Source: Octopus sinensis | Taxonomy: Eukaryota | Direction: 5' to 3' | Length of the DNA: 64,000 nt | Assembly: GCF_006345805.1 (NCBI RefSeq) | Contig: NC_043005.1 | Span: 4,278,001-4,342,000 of the forward strand | In this document: in pieces, positions 40,381 through 53,208 of the stretch | Layout: the number at the start of each line of letters is the position of its first letter | Position numbering within the stretch: the first letter of the stretch is position 1 | Program-made: the position numbers and the translations under genes | Notes under the pieces: model-generated | Told to the model about the DNA's origin: nothing | The model's database searches: none | The model's input: only the letters and a program-made list of their open reading frames with translations

Positions 40381-40547
40381 ATATCTGATGTCGTTGTGCC
40401 TGGCCAGCCCGAAAACCTTACTGCTAAAGAAGCTCTTCTCCTATGGAGTCGCCGAACAACAGAGGGCTATCCTGGTATTAAAGTTACAGACTTCTCTACA
40501 AGCTGGCGGGATGGCAAAGCCTTCCTTTCCATAATCCACAGACACAG
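40381..40547 (+). CDS. shot: Spectraplakin exon w2 (start of CH2), phase 0-2
   Basis: ttttctctag|ATA...CACAG|gtaaga; [55 protein letters not shown](R), with the CH2 motifs LLLW and FSTSWRDG. Confidence 0.97.
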
Positions 40548-42146
40548 GTAAGAGTTGAAAGATCTTGTAGATTATGTAGCTTCACTTTTACCATTATATG
40601 CCTACCTTTCTGATTATTTGTTTCCTTATTAGACTAACTCATTCTAGCATGAGAAAGTGAAATGATTGTAGATTGGCAGAATCAGAACATCCTTATGTTC
40701 TGATTTTCCACATTCTGAGTTCAAATCCCACCAAAGTCAGCAGTCTCTTTCCTTCCTTTGGAGTTAATGAATTACTGGTCAAGTATTGGGGTTGATGCAC
40801 TCAGCTGTTCTCCCTTTTCCACCAAAAATTCAGGGCTTGTACCTATATTTGGAACAGTTGTTATTCAAGGGTGGGGGGGAATTGGGAGAATTGGTAGAGC
40901 ATCAAGCAAAATATCTTGTATTTGGATAGAGCGCCTCTGTTCTAAGGTCAAATTACACTGAGGTCGACTTTGTCTTTCTGGGGTTATCATCATTGTCGTT
41001 TAACATTCGCTTTCTCTGCTGGCATGGGTTGGACGGTTTGACTAAGGACTGGCAAGTCAGAAGGTTGCACCAGGCTCCAATCCGATCTGGCAGTGTTTCT
41101 ACAGCTGGATGCTCTTCTTAATGCCAACCACTCCAAGAGTGTAGTGGATGCTTTTTACATGATACTGGCATCGACCACGCTTGAATGGTGCTTTTTACGT
41201 GCCACCAGCATGGGAGCCAGTCAGGCGGCACTGGCACCAACCATGCTTGAATGGTGCTTTTATTGTGCCACTGGCGGTCAATAAAATAAAACACCAGTCA
41301 AATACTAGGGTTGATCTAATCAAATTAACTTCTGCTCCTAAATTTCATGTTTTGTGACTGTTAGAAACAATTATTATTTCAGTGGCAAAAATGGTTAAGA
41401 TTAATGTCTGCATTCTAAGCATGTGCCTGTAGATTGGAGAACAATAGTTGTGTGAGGGTTTGTGCCTTTGGTGGTCAGGGTAATCCTGGTTCTGTGAGGT
41501 TCCTTGTTTGGTGCTAGTTTGAGGTTTTCCTGTAGCAGGAGGACACCATCATAAATACGTGAACATACCTTATATATTATGTAGACTTTTCTCTTGTTTC
41601 ATCTTTCTTCCCCACCCATCTTTTATATAACCCCCCCACACACACAGGTTGTAGACTATCATTGTGATGACCCCTTCATCTATGCCCCTATAGCAACTGT
41701 CTTTACTTCTGAGTTCAAATTCCACCAAGGTTGACTTTGCCTTTCATCCTTTCTTGGTTGATAAAATAAGTACCAGTTAAATACTGGGGTTGATGGAATC
41801 GATTTAAGCCTTCCTCTGAAATTGCTAGCCATGTACCAAAACTTGAAATTATTATTATTGTTGTTGTTGTTATTTACCTGATACAAGACTGTTTGTGTCT
41901 CAGTTTAAAAGCTAAAATCATGCGTGTGGCTTCATGCTGATGGATGTATCTAGCTGTGTCTATCATTAAGGATACAAAGCCCATCAGTATCTGGGCTATC
42001 AAATGCTGACCTTAGGTTGTGTCATCCTGTCTCTGGCAAAGGCACCTAACTTTCTATCACACAGTCTATAAATAGATGCCAAATGTAAACATTCACAAAC
42101 TAGAAGGGTTGCCGGTCATATAACAAGAAAAAAGCAAAATACGTCT

Positions 42147-42752
42147 CTGAAGGTATGAGTCCCAATAATGCTTCTAAGAAATTCAGATCCTCCTAAATTT
42201 TGCAATGGGACAAGGTTGATTGTGAAGACATTTCCATCTAATGTGACAGAAGCTGCCATCATCAATGGATGTGCTTCTGGGGAAGAGGCTTTCATTCCAA
42301 GAATTCCAATCAAACTAACAGACTTGCCATTTGAATTCAAATGAACACAATTCCCAGTGTAACTTTGCTTTGCAATGGCTATTGATAAAGCTCAAGGTCA
42401 GTCTTTGAAATCTGCTGGCTTGCTTTTCTCATGGTCACCTTTATGTTGGTTGCTCCAGGGTAGGTAATTTGCAAGACTTTTATTTGTCTATGCCCCAAAC
42501 CAGAAAACAAAGAAGTTCTTATGTAATTTCCTTCAACATAAGTGGTAGAATTTATCTCCTTTCATAAAAGGGGTAAATTTTGTATTTTCGGTTATTATTA
42601 TTATTATTATTTTGTATTATGAATTCAGAATTGATTTCTCAATTGAAGAATAAATTGAATTTAGAATGACAAATTTCTGTACAACATATTTTGCTTTTTT
42701 CTTCCAAAATATAAGGAACAATTTAATTCCTGGGCAACGCTGGGTGCCTCTG
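42147..42752 (+). mobile_element. Helitron 3' remnant (PIF1-like helicase C-terminus, pseudogenised) with subterminal hairpin
   Basis: 42147-42530 translates LKV*VPIMLLRNSDPPKFCNGTRL...FIPRIP..LTDLPFEFK*TQFPV*LCFAMAIDKAQGQSL / FSHGHLYVGCSRVG, matching Helitron helicase motifs, with stops and a frameshift. cctgggcaacgctggg at 42729-42744 resembles the Helitron 3' hairpin. Confidence 0.9.
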
Positions 42753-42841
42753 TATTTTTACAAACTTCTTTGAGATTTAGAATCTGTTTCTTTTTTCTTT
42801 TTGCCTAAGTTTATCTTTTTTTCTTCTTTTTTCTCTTTTAG

Positions 42842-42957
42842 ACCTGACTTAGTCGATTATAGGCAGGTGCGAAGAAATACTCCACGACAGAATCTAAATT
42901 TGGCTTTTAACATTGCTGAATCTGAATTTGGCGTTACCAAATTGCTGGATGCAGAAG
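42842..42957 (+). CDS. shot: Spectraplakin exon w3 (CH2), phase 2-1
   Basis: Long pyrimidine tract ttttag|A...GAAG|gtaaat; PDLVDYRQVRRNTPRQNLNLAFNIAESEFGVTKLLDAE(D). Confidence 0.97.
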
Positions 42958-43761
42958 GTAAATTCTTATTTTCCTTAAAATGTTTATTTTTTAATTTCCA
43001 AAGTTGTCGACTTATTGCCAATGAATATGGAACTGAGAATAGTTAGTCTTATTTGAATTTATCCTATTTATTATATTGCTGGTTGTAATTAGCACGAGTC
43101 TCTGTGTTGTCACTCAATCTGCTAGAAATAGTAGCTAAATTACCCCTAAATCACACTCCACTGTCCTAAAAAAACAGGATGCTTTCGATAGTATAGCTCT
43201 AGAGGAACACAAGGTTTTCAATACCCTTACTGACAGTCATTGGTCATTTAAGGGCTGCTAAAATAAACAAACATAAATACATGATGTTATTCTCTTTGCA
43301 CACTGAAAAATAAAGGCTATTATCCTGGTATGTTTCATGGCTGGTTGGCCACCCTTCAGAGGATATGTACCCCTCATTCTCTTGCCCACGGAGAAAACTT
43401 AATACATATAGCTATTTAGATCAAACACAAACTAGGACAGCCTAGCTGAAATTTCACATTATGCATTTGTCAATGGTGGAATTAAGGAAATCTCCTTAAT
43501 TTTACTCTGTGTGCAAAGAGAAAAAATAAGAGAGGTGTACATTTGTTGTCTTTCCATAGCATGAGCATTATAAACGATAGGCTAACTACATTATTATTAT
43601 TATTATTATTATTTTTAGAAATAGACAAATACACAAAATTTCAGGCCTTACGCTTATAGTAGAAAAGATTAATTTAATCAGAATTTGCAAAGTGACTCAA
43701 GGGACAAGAGTTTCATACAAGCCTTTGAATCACTTTGTAACTTCTACTAAGTAAAATAATA

Positions 43762-43764
<3 letters not shown>

Positions 43765-43842
<78 letters not shown>
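43765..43842. repeat. (TA)n microsatellite
   Basis: Pure dinucleotide run; others lie at about 12180-12210, 38128-38176 and 57492-57531. Confidence 0.95.
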
Positions 43843-43846
<4 letters not shown>

Positions 43847-44023
43847 TTTTGTGTGTGTGTGTAAAGAGCAAGTTTTACTATCAGCATTTAGTATAAGAAA
43901 CATTAAGCCCAAACAGTGTAATACTTATTGAGTTCATTCTTTAATTTAAGCTTTAGTTCCGGTACTATTGGAAGTTGGAAAAAGACTTAACTTGGAACTT
44001 TTTTTTTTCTTTCCTTGTTTCAG

Positions 44024-44130
44024 ATGTCGATGTTCAGGAGCCAGATGAGAAGTCTGTTATAACATACGTGTCGTCATTATATGATGTCTTTCCAGATGTT
44101 CCGAGTGTTGAACAATCTCTAAGAGATAAT
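44024..44130 (+). CDS. shot: Spectraplakin exon w4 (end of CH2), phase 1-0
   Basis: tttcag|AT...AAT|gtaaga; (D)[35 protein letters not shown], with the conserved [14 protein letters not shown] motif. Confidence 0.97.
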
Positions 44131-44219
44131 GTAAGAACCTAAGAACCATTTGTTACTGAATTGTCATACATATTATATATAGCCACATAATATAATATAT
44201 AAAATGTTTGTATGTATAA

Positions 44220-44250
<31 letters not shown>

Positions 44251-44585
44251 ATATGTGTGTGTATGTATGTACACACATAAATACATACACATGTATAAAT
44301 TATGTATATAATGCATTTGTGTGTGTATTTATATAAATACATATAAATATATATAAAATATGTCTATAATGTATTTATGTGTATACACACACGCATGTAT
44401 AAAATATGAATATAATGTAGAGTAACTTTTCTCATGAACCCAGTGAAACCCTTCAGTAGTGGATTTCAGCTTGTGACCCCTGATGGCCTGGCTTTCTTTT
44501 GCTTTCTGATCCCTAAGACAAACTCACAATACATAACTTGAAGTCCTCATGAAATAACCCAGACAACAACACTGTTTCTTTGTAG

Positions 44586-44705
44586 GAGCGACAAATAAAA
44601 GTTGAGGAATACCGTGAGCTCACAACCTCTTTACTTGCCTGGACCAAAGAGAAAACTGCAATGCTGCTGAATCGGAACTTTCCCAGCACTTTGATCGAGA
44701 TGAGG
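44586..44705 (+). CDS. shot: Spectraplakin exon w5 (plakin domain start), phase 0-0
   Basis: ttgtag|GAG...AGG|gtgagt; ERQIKVEEYRELTTSLLAWTKEKTAMLLNRNFPSTLIEMR. Confidence 0.95.
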
Positions 44706-44769
44706 GTGAGTAAGAGTTTCTCCCACAAGATGTTTGATTCTTTATAATAAATAATAATAATAATAATGA

Positions 44770-45061
44770 AATTATTGTGTATAGTGCTCAGGTGCACTAC
44801 AACTCATCAAAGATGAATGTACAGTACATGGGATTATGTACAAAAGTCAGGAAAGTGGACAGTGTATGAGTCATGGTATACATGTGTGCATGTGTATGGT
44901 GGGTGGGGATATCGGGTGTAGTGTTGGTGAATTTCAGGAAGCATGGAGATTTTAAAGGATGCAGTGTCTCGGCAGCTAACAACTGATGCAGGCAGTTTGT
45001 TCCATGTTTCAGCAACTCTGAGTGAGAAAAAATGTGTCCGAAAGTCATGGGAGTTGAGCAT
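44770..45061 (-). mobile_element. CR1/L2-type LINE 3' end
   Basis: FRTHFFSLRVAETWNKLPASVVSCRDTASFK matches the R..FFS.RV...WN.LP..VV......FK C-terminal motif. Confidence 0.8.
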
Positions 45062-46562
45062 AAAATAGCAAAAAATTTTGTTCGTTCAACCAATATTTTT
45101 GCTTTTCTTTTCCTTGTCTGCCCCTCTTTTGGAATGAAGCTGCACATGGTCTAGTGGTTAGAGTGTTGCACCCATGATTTCAAGATCATGGTTTCAATTC
45201 CTGGACTGGCCGGTGCATTGTGTTCTTGTGCAAAACACTTCATTTTCACATTGTTCTAGTCCCACTCAGTTGTAGATGAGTAACTCTGCAATGGACTGTC
45301 ATCTCATCCAGGGGGAATGTTGTGCTCTCAGTCACCTGCAAGCTATAGAAACCAGGAAACTAACCTTATGAATTCCAGGATTTGAGAATATGGCTTCTGT
45401 ATGAGTAGATTTGGTTGACAGAAACTGCGAAAAAGCCAGAGGAGAGAGAGATAGGGGGGGGGTCTGTCTGTGCTATTGTTTTTGTTTTGTTGAGTGGTGT
45501 TTGTGTCATTTCATCCACTTGATGCATTTGAAACTGTGAAATATGAAATCCTGTACTTGGAAAACATATAAGGGTTAGCATCAGGAAGGGCATCCAGCTG
45601 TAAAATAATGCCTCAATAATTTGTCTAACCCATACTAACAAAGAAACTAATATAGAAAATAAATGAGTATTTCCTTTTTTCTTGATACATTTAAGTTGTT
45701 TGAATGATTTCTAAGGGTTACTTGTTTGCTCTGTAAAAGCTTCATTTTTGTGTGTTTCATGTCCTCAAGTACTTTTTGCTGTCTGCAAAAGTGAAATTGT
45801 AAATATTTCCTTCTTCCCAAGGAGATTGCAAGTGAAATTTCCCCCATGTCTTCATTACAGTATTTTCTCGGGCATCAGAAGAAATACTTAGGAATACTTT
45901 GATCAGACTTTACATTCTCAGTTCAAATTCCACCCAACTCTTGGGTGAGAGGATAAAAATCCAGCACCAGTCAAATACTGGGGGTGGGGTGGGGGGATAT
46001 AATCGACTACCCATCATCATCATCATCATCATCATCATTGTTTAACACCCGTTTTCCATGCTGGCATGCGTTGGACGGTTTGACTGGGGACTGGCAAGCT
46101 AGGAGGCCACACCAGGCTCCAATCTGATCTGGCAATGTTTCTATGGCTGGATACCTTTCCTAATGCCAACCACTCCAAGAGTGTAGTGGGTGCTTTTCAC
46201 ATACCACTGACATTGGCCATGTTTAGATGGTGTTTTTTACAGGCTACCGGCACAGGAGCCAGTTGAGGTGGGGGTACTGGCATTGAACACATTGAACCAC
46301 CAGCATGGGGAGCCAGTCGGGCAGCACTGGCAATGACCCATGCATGCATGGTGTTTATTGCATGCCACCAGCACTGGCATCAGCCACAACTACTCGTTTC
46401 CTCAAAATTTCAGGCTTTGTGCCTGAATCATTATCATTAGAATCATTATCTAAGATCATTCTAATATAGTTTGTCAAAATATATTCACTTGTTTGAAAAT
46501 TTAAAAGCAAAGGAAAAAAAAAAAGCTGTTTTCATCTGACATTTAATGTTTCTCTTTGATAG

Positions 46563-46658
46563 TCACTTCTGGCAGATTTTAGTAGATTCAGATTGGAAGA
46601 AGTTCCTCCTCGAATTGAACTGAAACAAAAACTCTTTCGATTATTTGATGAAATTCAA
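46563..46658 (+). CDS. shot: Spectraplakin exon w6, phase 0-0
   Basis: ttgatag|TCA...CAA|gtaagt; SLLADFSRFRLEEVPPRIELKQKLFRLFDEIQ. Confidence 0.94.
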
Positions 46659-47101
46659 GTAAGTTTCCAATCCAATTTGCTCATTTATTTCATTTATTTT
46701 TGCTTTAACCCTTTTGATACCAAACTGCCTGAAACCTCCCTCGGTTCTATAATACAAACTTCTTGTTTTCAACTCATCTAAATTTAAACCTTCCATCAAA
46801 ATTTCCTATTAATTTATATTCTAAATACTATTAATAATGGCAAAGTTATTCTAATGAATTCTTCAATACTTTCAAAATTAACTGAAGCAAAAGCAGTGTA
46901 TTTCAACAGAAATATGGTAAGGAGTTCAAAGGTATCCCAACCATGACCATCCAGTCATTTTTAAAAATTTAATTACAATAAATCCCAGACTACATCATTC
47001 AATGATGGTAGGGTGTGATTTAACCTTTAGATACCAATCCACCTGAAGTCATCTCCGGTTCTATGATAAAAATGTTTTAAACTTATCTAAATTAAAACCT
47101 T

Positions 47102-47391
47102 TCATTTTTGGATTTAGTTTGCAAGATTCTTTATGTGAGTTTGTGTGTTGAAGCACATTCTGTTGTGTCTGGGGAGAGTCATTCTCTTTTAGTGCCTTAT
47201 AATTTAATACACTCACCGGTAAAATTTCCACTCATTTACTTATTTATTCCAATATTGAAAAGGTTGCAGATGCAACGAAAATTTTAGAAAAATAAATAAG
47301 TTAATGAGTGGAAATTTTACTGGTGAGTGTGTTAAATAATAAGGCACAAAAAGAGGATGACTCTCCCCAGACACAACAGAATTACAACCTG
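47102..47391. mobile_element. Fold-back element with about 80-bp inverted arms, nested in a piggyBac-type MITE
   Basis: Arms 47157-47236 and 47303-47382 are reverse complements. The host MITE runs about 47020-47531 (ttaacctttagatacc...taacaaaacggttaa). Confidence 0.85.
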
Positions 47392-47704
47392 ATCTAAGTT
47401 AAAACTTCCCATCAAAATTTCATGTACCAAACATCAACTTAATGACAGTTCTTTTACCACATTCTTCATTATTTTCAAAATAATTTGAAACAAAGTATAT
47501 ATTAACAGAAATATGGTAACAAAACGGTTAAGAATATTCACTTTTAATTTACATCATCGTTAAATACTTCTAAAACTAAAAGGATTTCACACTAATTTTG
47601 TTTCTTATAATGTAAAATATTTTTGTTGTTTTATTTCAATTTTATTTTAACGAGTAATTTTTAAATGATTTTATAATTAAAATATTTTCTTCTTTCTTAT
47701 ATAG

Positions 47705-47835
47705 GCTCTTAGCAATGACACGTTACCCCTTGGATTAGAAGATGAATTGTACCCCAAAAATGTAGAAAGACTATTCAGCCGCTTTTTATTGGCACAACAA
47801 GAAAAAGATATGGCCATCCAATCAGAACTTGTTAG
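47705..47835 (+). CDS. shot: Spectraplakin exon w7, phase 0-2
   Basis: cttatatag|GCT...GTTAG|gtaaca; ALSNDTLPLGLEDELYPKNVERLFSRFLLAQQEKDMAIQSELV(R). Confidence 0.93.
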
Positions 47836-48157
47836 GTAACATAATTTATGTTTATGGAAAACAAAATAGGAAAAATTGTTTAAATAATATTTAGTTACAC
47901 CATCTGATGCATGTCTCGTTAACTAAGAATAATTAGTCATGTGATGTAGATTATATAAGATGGAGTATTTGTTTGAATTATGGTCTCTTCCCATATCTTT
48001 ACCGGACATGTCCATCCATCCATCCATCCATCCACCATTTCTTTCTAAATTTTTTTTCTTTCTCTCCCTCCCCGAATTAGTTTTTTTTTTTTTTTTTCTC
48101 TCATTCACATTTCCCTCCTTCCTTTTTTATTTCTAATATGAAAATGCTGTTTTACAG

Positions 48158-48251
48158 GTTAGAAAGACTACAACGTCTGGCCGAAAAAATCCACAGAGAA
48201 GCCAAAATAAGTGAAGATAGTCTAAGTGACATAGAATGGCGGATATTGGGG
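48158..48251 (+). CDS. shot: Spectraplakin exon w8, phase 2-0
   Basis: tttacag|G...GGG|gtaaga; (R)LERLQRLAEKIHREAKISEDSLSDIEWRILG, containing the family motif RLERLQRLAEK. Confidence 0.95.
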
Positions 48252-49375
48252 GTAAGATTCTCTTTCTACCAATAAATATATCTCTAGCAGTTTCTTTTAT
48301 TTCAAGACAGTATCATTCAGTTTTTATTCACTGACAGATTATTGAAAATATTTCTGTTATCTGATTGTCAGTTAACCGTTTTGATTTCAACCCATCTGAA
48401 ACCATCTCTGATTCTTTGAAAAAAGACAAAAAATACACTTGTTCATACATCATGTAACTGACCAGACAAACAGATGTTGTTACACCTTGTTGGTCACAAC
48501 GTGCTTTGCATCATTTTAGCCTTCGAATGACACCACCCTGCTGGCTAGGTGACCAGGCTGACATTCCCTCTGGAGACTGGAGCAACATGAAGTGAAGTGT
48601 TTTGCTCAAGAACATAATGCACTGCCCAGTCTGGAATCGAACCTACAATCTCAGCCTAACCACTGAGCCACACGCTTTCACCTGTTCACACATATATAAA
48701 TTAAATTCTTCCATGGTAATTTTATATAAGAAACTTTAAGTTACATTAACCTTTTTTTAAACATATTTCTGTTGAATTACTTTGCCCTTTATTTCAATTA
48801 ATTTTAAAAATAAAAAAGGATTTAGCAAAATAATTATTAGTGACTGGGTTTTTTAAGATGCTGAGATGCCAGAATTGTTACCATTCTGGACAAAATGCTT
48901 AAAGGCATTTCTTCAGACTTCACATTCTGATTTCAAATGCTGCCAGGGTCGACTTTGCCTTTAATCCTTTTGGGGTGAATAAAATAAGTAACAGTTGAGC
49001 ACTGGGGTTGATATGATTGACTTATCCCTCCCCCAAAATTGCTGGCTTTGTGCCACAATTTGAAAGCAATAAGCTGGGTGTTTGAAACAACATGAAATTT
49101 TGATGGGCCGTTTTAAGCTTACCTAACTTTAAAAAGTGGAAGCCTCTTATTAATTAGGAGTAATTTCATATGAGTTGCTATCAAAAGTTAATACGAAAAT
49201 ATAAGTTAATAAAACTAAATACTGATTATTTTCAAAAATAATAAAAATATGTATGTGTTTCTAATAACATGACCTTTAAAAGTTGCATCATTAGAAATAT
49301 GACCTTGAAAGAGTTAGATAATGGTAACTCTCAATACTCCATATATTAAAAGCAGTTTCCAGATACAAACTTGAT

Positions 49376-49574
49376 TTAACTCTTTAGCATTCAGATTTCT
49401 CTATCAAACGTAAGTTTATTGTCATTGCTTTGAATTAATCATGTATTATCTTATGGCTAGTGATTATTTTTACAATAACATTGTAGGGTAGGTGTGAGAA
49501 GCTGGACAGGGCCAGTTTGAACATAAAACAGAATATTTGAGCTTATATGGCTTGTTTAAATGCTAAAGGGTTAA
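49376..49574. mobile_element. piggyBac-type MITE, second family (tttagcattcag...aatgctaaaggg)
   Basis: TTAA|CTCTTTAGCATT...AATGCTAAAGGG|TTAA; a related copy ends at 56041. Confidence 0.8.
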
Positions 49575-49582
49575 ATTATGTA

Positions 49583-49812
49583 TTACCCCTTTCGTTACTG
49601 TATTTCTGTTGAGATGCTCTGTGTTTCTTTCAATTAATTTTAAATATAGCAAAGACCTTAGTAAAATAACTTAGTTATCATTAAGTTAGTGTCAGGAACA
49701 TAAACTGTGGCTAAGATTTGGTGGAAGATTTTAATTCAAAAGTAATGAAAACAAGACATTTGTACTACAGAGCCAGAGGCGGTTTCAACTGGGTTGGTAT
49801 CGAAAGGGTTAA
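49583..49812. mobile_element. piggyBac-type MITE
   Basis: ttac|CCCTTTCG...CGAAAGGG|TTAA; closely similar to 53209-53439. Confidence 0.8.
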
Positions 49813-49882
49813 GCAGGCTTGTAATTTTGAATAATCAAAAGAAGCAACTTTTAATTAATTTATTTGTTTATTTTGCCATTAG

Positions 49883-50046
49883 GAGGAGAGAAGAATTGAT
49901 AAGCTTCATCCTGTTGAAGCAAAGCGTTGCTGTGATAGCTTAGACAGATCTCTGCAAAACATTGAAGAATCCACAAGAAGTTTGTTTCGGGATATACAAA
50001 CATTAAAAGATGGATCTTACCCTCAAACGGATTCATTTTACAAACG
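49883..50046 (+). CDS. shot: Spectraplakin exon w9, phase 0-2
   Basis: ccattag|GAG...AAACG|gtaact; EERRIDKLHPVEAKRCCDSLDRSLQNIEESTRSLFRDIQTLKDGSYPQTDSFYK(R). Confidence 0.94.
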
Positions 50047-51406
50047 GTAACTCATTCTTCTCTTTTTGTCAGACATGGAAACAATATTTCCTTTCATGAT
50101 GAATATTATTATTGTTATTGTTGTTGTTGTTATTGCTATTGTGGCAAACTGGCAGAACCATTAGTTCATTAGACTAAGTGCTTCTGACCCCATTCACTTG
50201 TACTCACACTCATATTTTGAGTGTCCACTTCCACTCTGTTTCAACACTATAATGTTCCTCTTTCCAGCTCCACCCTCCTTCCTCCCACTCACTCTTCTGT
50301 ATTGTGTCTTGCCATGTTGTGTTGTTCAGTTCTGAACTCCTTCTTTCACACGTTGATCCCTCATCTCCTGGCATAAAACTGTCCCTTTCCTACTGTAGCC
50401 CCACTCAGTCAAAAAGGATCTTGGGTTGTGAGCTGCATGGTGCCCTCACTAGTTCTGGTCCTATAACAAAAACACAAAGCCTTCAGTACACTCTGTGAAG
50501 TGTTGGGAAGGCATCAAGCCATAGAAACTCCACCAAAGCAAACTATAAAGCACGATGGAGTCCTTGGATCTGTCAAACCCTGTCAAATGGTACAACTCAT
50601 TCCCGCATGGAAGATGAACGTTAAAGGATGATGGTGAAAGTTTGTACAGTTGGATTAAAGCTGAAATGCCTCACCTACATCAGCAAAGATTCTTTTGGTT
50701 CTAAGGTCTTGCATTGAAACTCACTTTACATATTTTGCTGTGTAGCCCATGAGTTGTATATTTAATTTTATGTGGTCTAATGGTTGGGATGTTGCACTCA
50801 CGATCGCCTGATTGTGGGTTCAATTCCCAGACCAGGTGGTGTGTTGTGTTCTTGAACAAACCATTTCATTTCACATTGCTTTTGTTCTGTGGGGAGACCA
50901 GCAAGTCAAAGAATAGACTGAATGTTTCCTCTTTGTGTTGTAGAAGGTGAGGTAGGATTTGCACTCCGACCTTTAAAGCCCTCACCAGCAATGACTACCC
51001 AAAAAGAGACCCATGGTTTGGAAGGTTGTCACCTGAATGGTGCAAAGGTGTCATCTGCTAGGAGCAGGGAACCACCAACAAATGGTAGATGCAGTGATGC
51101 ACTGTTACAGCACAGGCCCCCATGCTGCTGCTGCTACTACTATTACTACCATCACCACCACTGTGTCATTTCACCTATCTGTCAGAAATATGAACAGGAG
51201 TTGTTTAATATAGACTAGCATCCCATTCCAGGAGAGATTCATCTCTCATCTATTTTCATGCTCCAACACTGAAGTTTAAACTCTTGAATATAGAATCTTG
51301 AGGAAGCTTGGAAATATTCATTTTTTAACAAACGAACATGATGGATGAAATAATGGAGTCACCGTGCAGCGGTCAAAGCTTAATACAACTTTTCTTCTCT
51401 CCGCAG

Positions 51407-51611
51407 AGTTTCCACATTGCAAGCCCGGGTTTCTACATTAAGGACCAAATTGTACAAAGATGTGATTCAAAAACTGTTGTCTCGATCTTATGTTGAGGAA
51501 GGCATTACTGTCACAAAACGCAAGGAAATTCTCACGGAAGTGCAATTAGTAGAAACAAATGAATCCTTCAAACATTTACAGAACTGCCTCAATTGGATCG
51601 AAGCCAAACAG
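51407..51611 (+). CDS. shot: Spectraplakin exon w10, phase 2-0
   Basis: ctctccgcag|A...CAG|gtactt; (R)VSTLQARVSTLRTKLYKDVIQKLLSRSYVEEGITVTKRKEILTEVQLVETNESFKHLQNCLNWIEAKQ. Confidence 0.94.
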
Positions 51612-51827
51612 GTACTTGGCCCTTGGGCCATTCCTTTGTCCTTTTTTTTATATATTCATGCCATGTGATTACTTTCAGCCTAAAAAAAGTCTTGTATTGA
51701 TTTGAGATAACTCCAGGCCAAAATTCTTTAAAACCCAATAAAATTCTATGAATTGATCAACTGTTCCCCATAATCCTTTCAAAACTTGGTGAGTTGCAAA
51801 TCTATTTTGTCCTTTGTTCATTTTCAG

Positions 51828-51956
51828 CGATCCATTGAAGCTGCCGGTTATGGAACCGATGTAACATCTGTCCATAAAGCATTAGAACAACATCAATATG
51901 ACCATAAAAATATTTTGGAATTTCGCTCAGAAGTTGAGAAATGTAAACTAAATAAA
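51828..51956 (+). CDS. shot: Spectraplakin exon w11, phase 0-0
   Basis: ttttcag|CGA...AAA|gtaagt; RSIEAAGYGTDVTSVHKALEQHQYDHKNILEFRSEVEKCKLNK, spectrin-repeat-like (YGTD..SV...LEQH). Confidence 0.95.
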
Positions 51957-52629
51957 GTAAGTTGAATCTATTTGCTTTTTAAAATTTATTTTCATCTTTT
52001 CTTTTGCATCTGTTCGAATCAGTTGCCTCAAGGGCAGCTATTTTGATAGTGTGTGTCTTCCCAAAAACTTTCTGATTTAACTCTTTTGGTAAAAACCTAC
52101 TTTAGACCACTTTTGGATCATCATCAAATGTCTGCTTTCCATGCTGGCATGGATTGGATGAATTGGCTACTAAGTTGGAGAGCTACACCAGGTTCCAGTT
52201 GTCTGTTTTAGCATGATTTCTTTGACTGGATGTCCTTCCTAATGCCAACCACTTTACAGAGTGTTTTTTCAGGTTGTTTTTTTACATGGTACCAGCACAC
52301 CTTGATGTGTCGATTATAATGGTTTCAAATCTTGGCACAAGGCCGGCAAATTCTGGGACATTAACTGCTGTGGCCAGCTGGAACTTTATTTTATCAACTT
52401 CAGAAGAAAGAATGGCAAAAGCAATGTCAGTGGATGTTTGAACTCTGAATGTGGAGGGCAAAGAAATACAGCTAACAATTCTGCCCGTTCGCTCCTTAAA
52501 TCAGAGGGGACAGAAAGCAGTGATAAGTCGAGTGAAGAAAAACAGCAACGGTAGCCATTAGTACATGCATAGCATACAGAGTAAAAGACAGAAAAGGAAA
52601 CTGTTTAAAGAGCCATAAAGAGGAAAAAA

Positions 52630-53180
52630 GGGGGCTGAAGTAGGTCAGGGATGGTGTTGGGAAATTTTGGGATGGATGTCATTTTTTAAGGGTGCAGTAT
52701 CCTGTCTATTAACAAACAAACAGGTTGTTCATTCCATGCTTTCACAATTTTAAGGGTGAAGAATTGATTTCTGAAACAATTTGGTGCTGTGCAGTTTTTT
52801 TAATTTTACAATTCTCTCCGTGGATGGTAAAGGTGTTGGATTGAAAAAGATGGCCAAAATTGTTGTTGGAAAGATAATGGATAATCTTATGGGCTTCTAA
52901 GTCAGTTGTTAGACATCAAAGCTTTAGTGTGTTGATTCCCAGATAAGCAAGTATGTGTGTGTGTGAATATATTTTGTTTCAATGTATGAATATATGTTTG
53001 TGTGTGGATGTGTGTACATCAATAGAGAGAATTGAAGCATTAGTGTAACCAGTGTTCTGTTGAGCAAGCCTTCAACATCTGCATTAATAGTCATGAGCAA
53101 TGTATAGCGTACATATTGGTGCAGACATGTAAAATAGTTTATTATACACTGAAATTATCACATGATAAAGGCTGTGAAAT
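52630..53180 (-). mobile_element. Decayed CR1-type LINE 3' fragment
   Basis: The minus strand shows similarity to the 44770-45061 element (acaggatactgcacccttaaaa; ttcttcacccttaaaattgtgaaagcatggaat), with many indels. Confidence 0.5.
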
Positions 53181-53208
53181 GGCCATCACTGTATGGATAT
53201 CAAATGGT

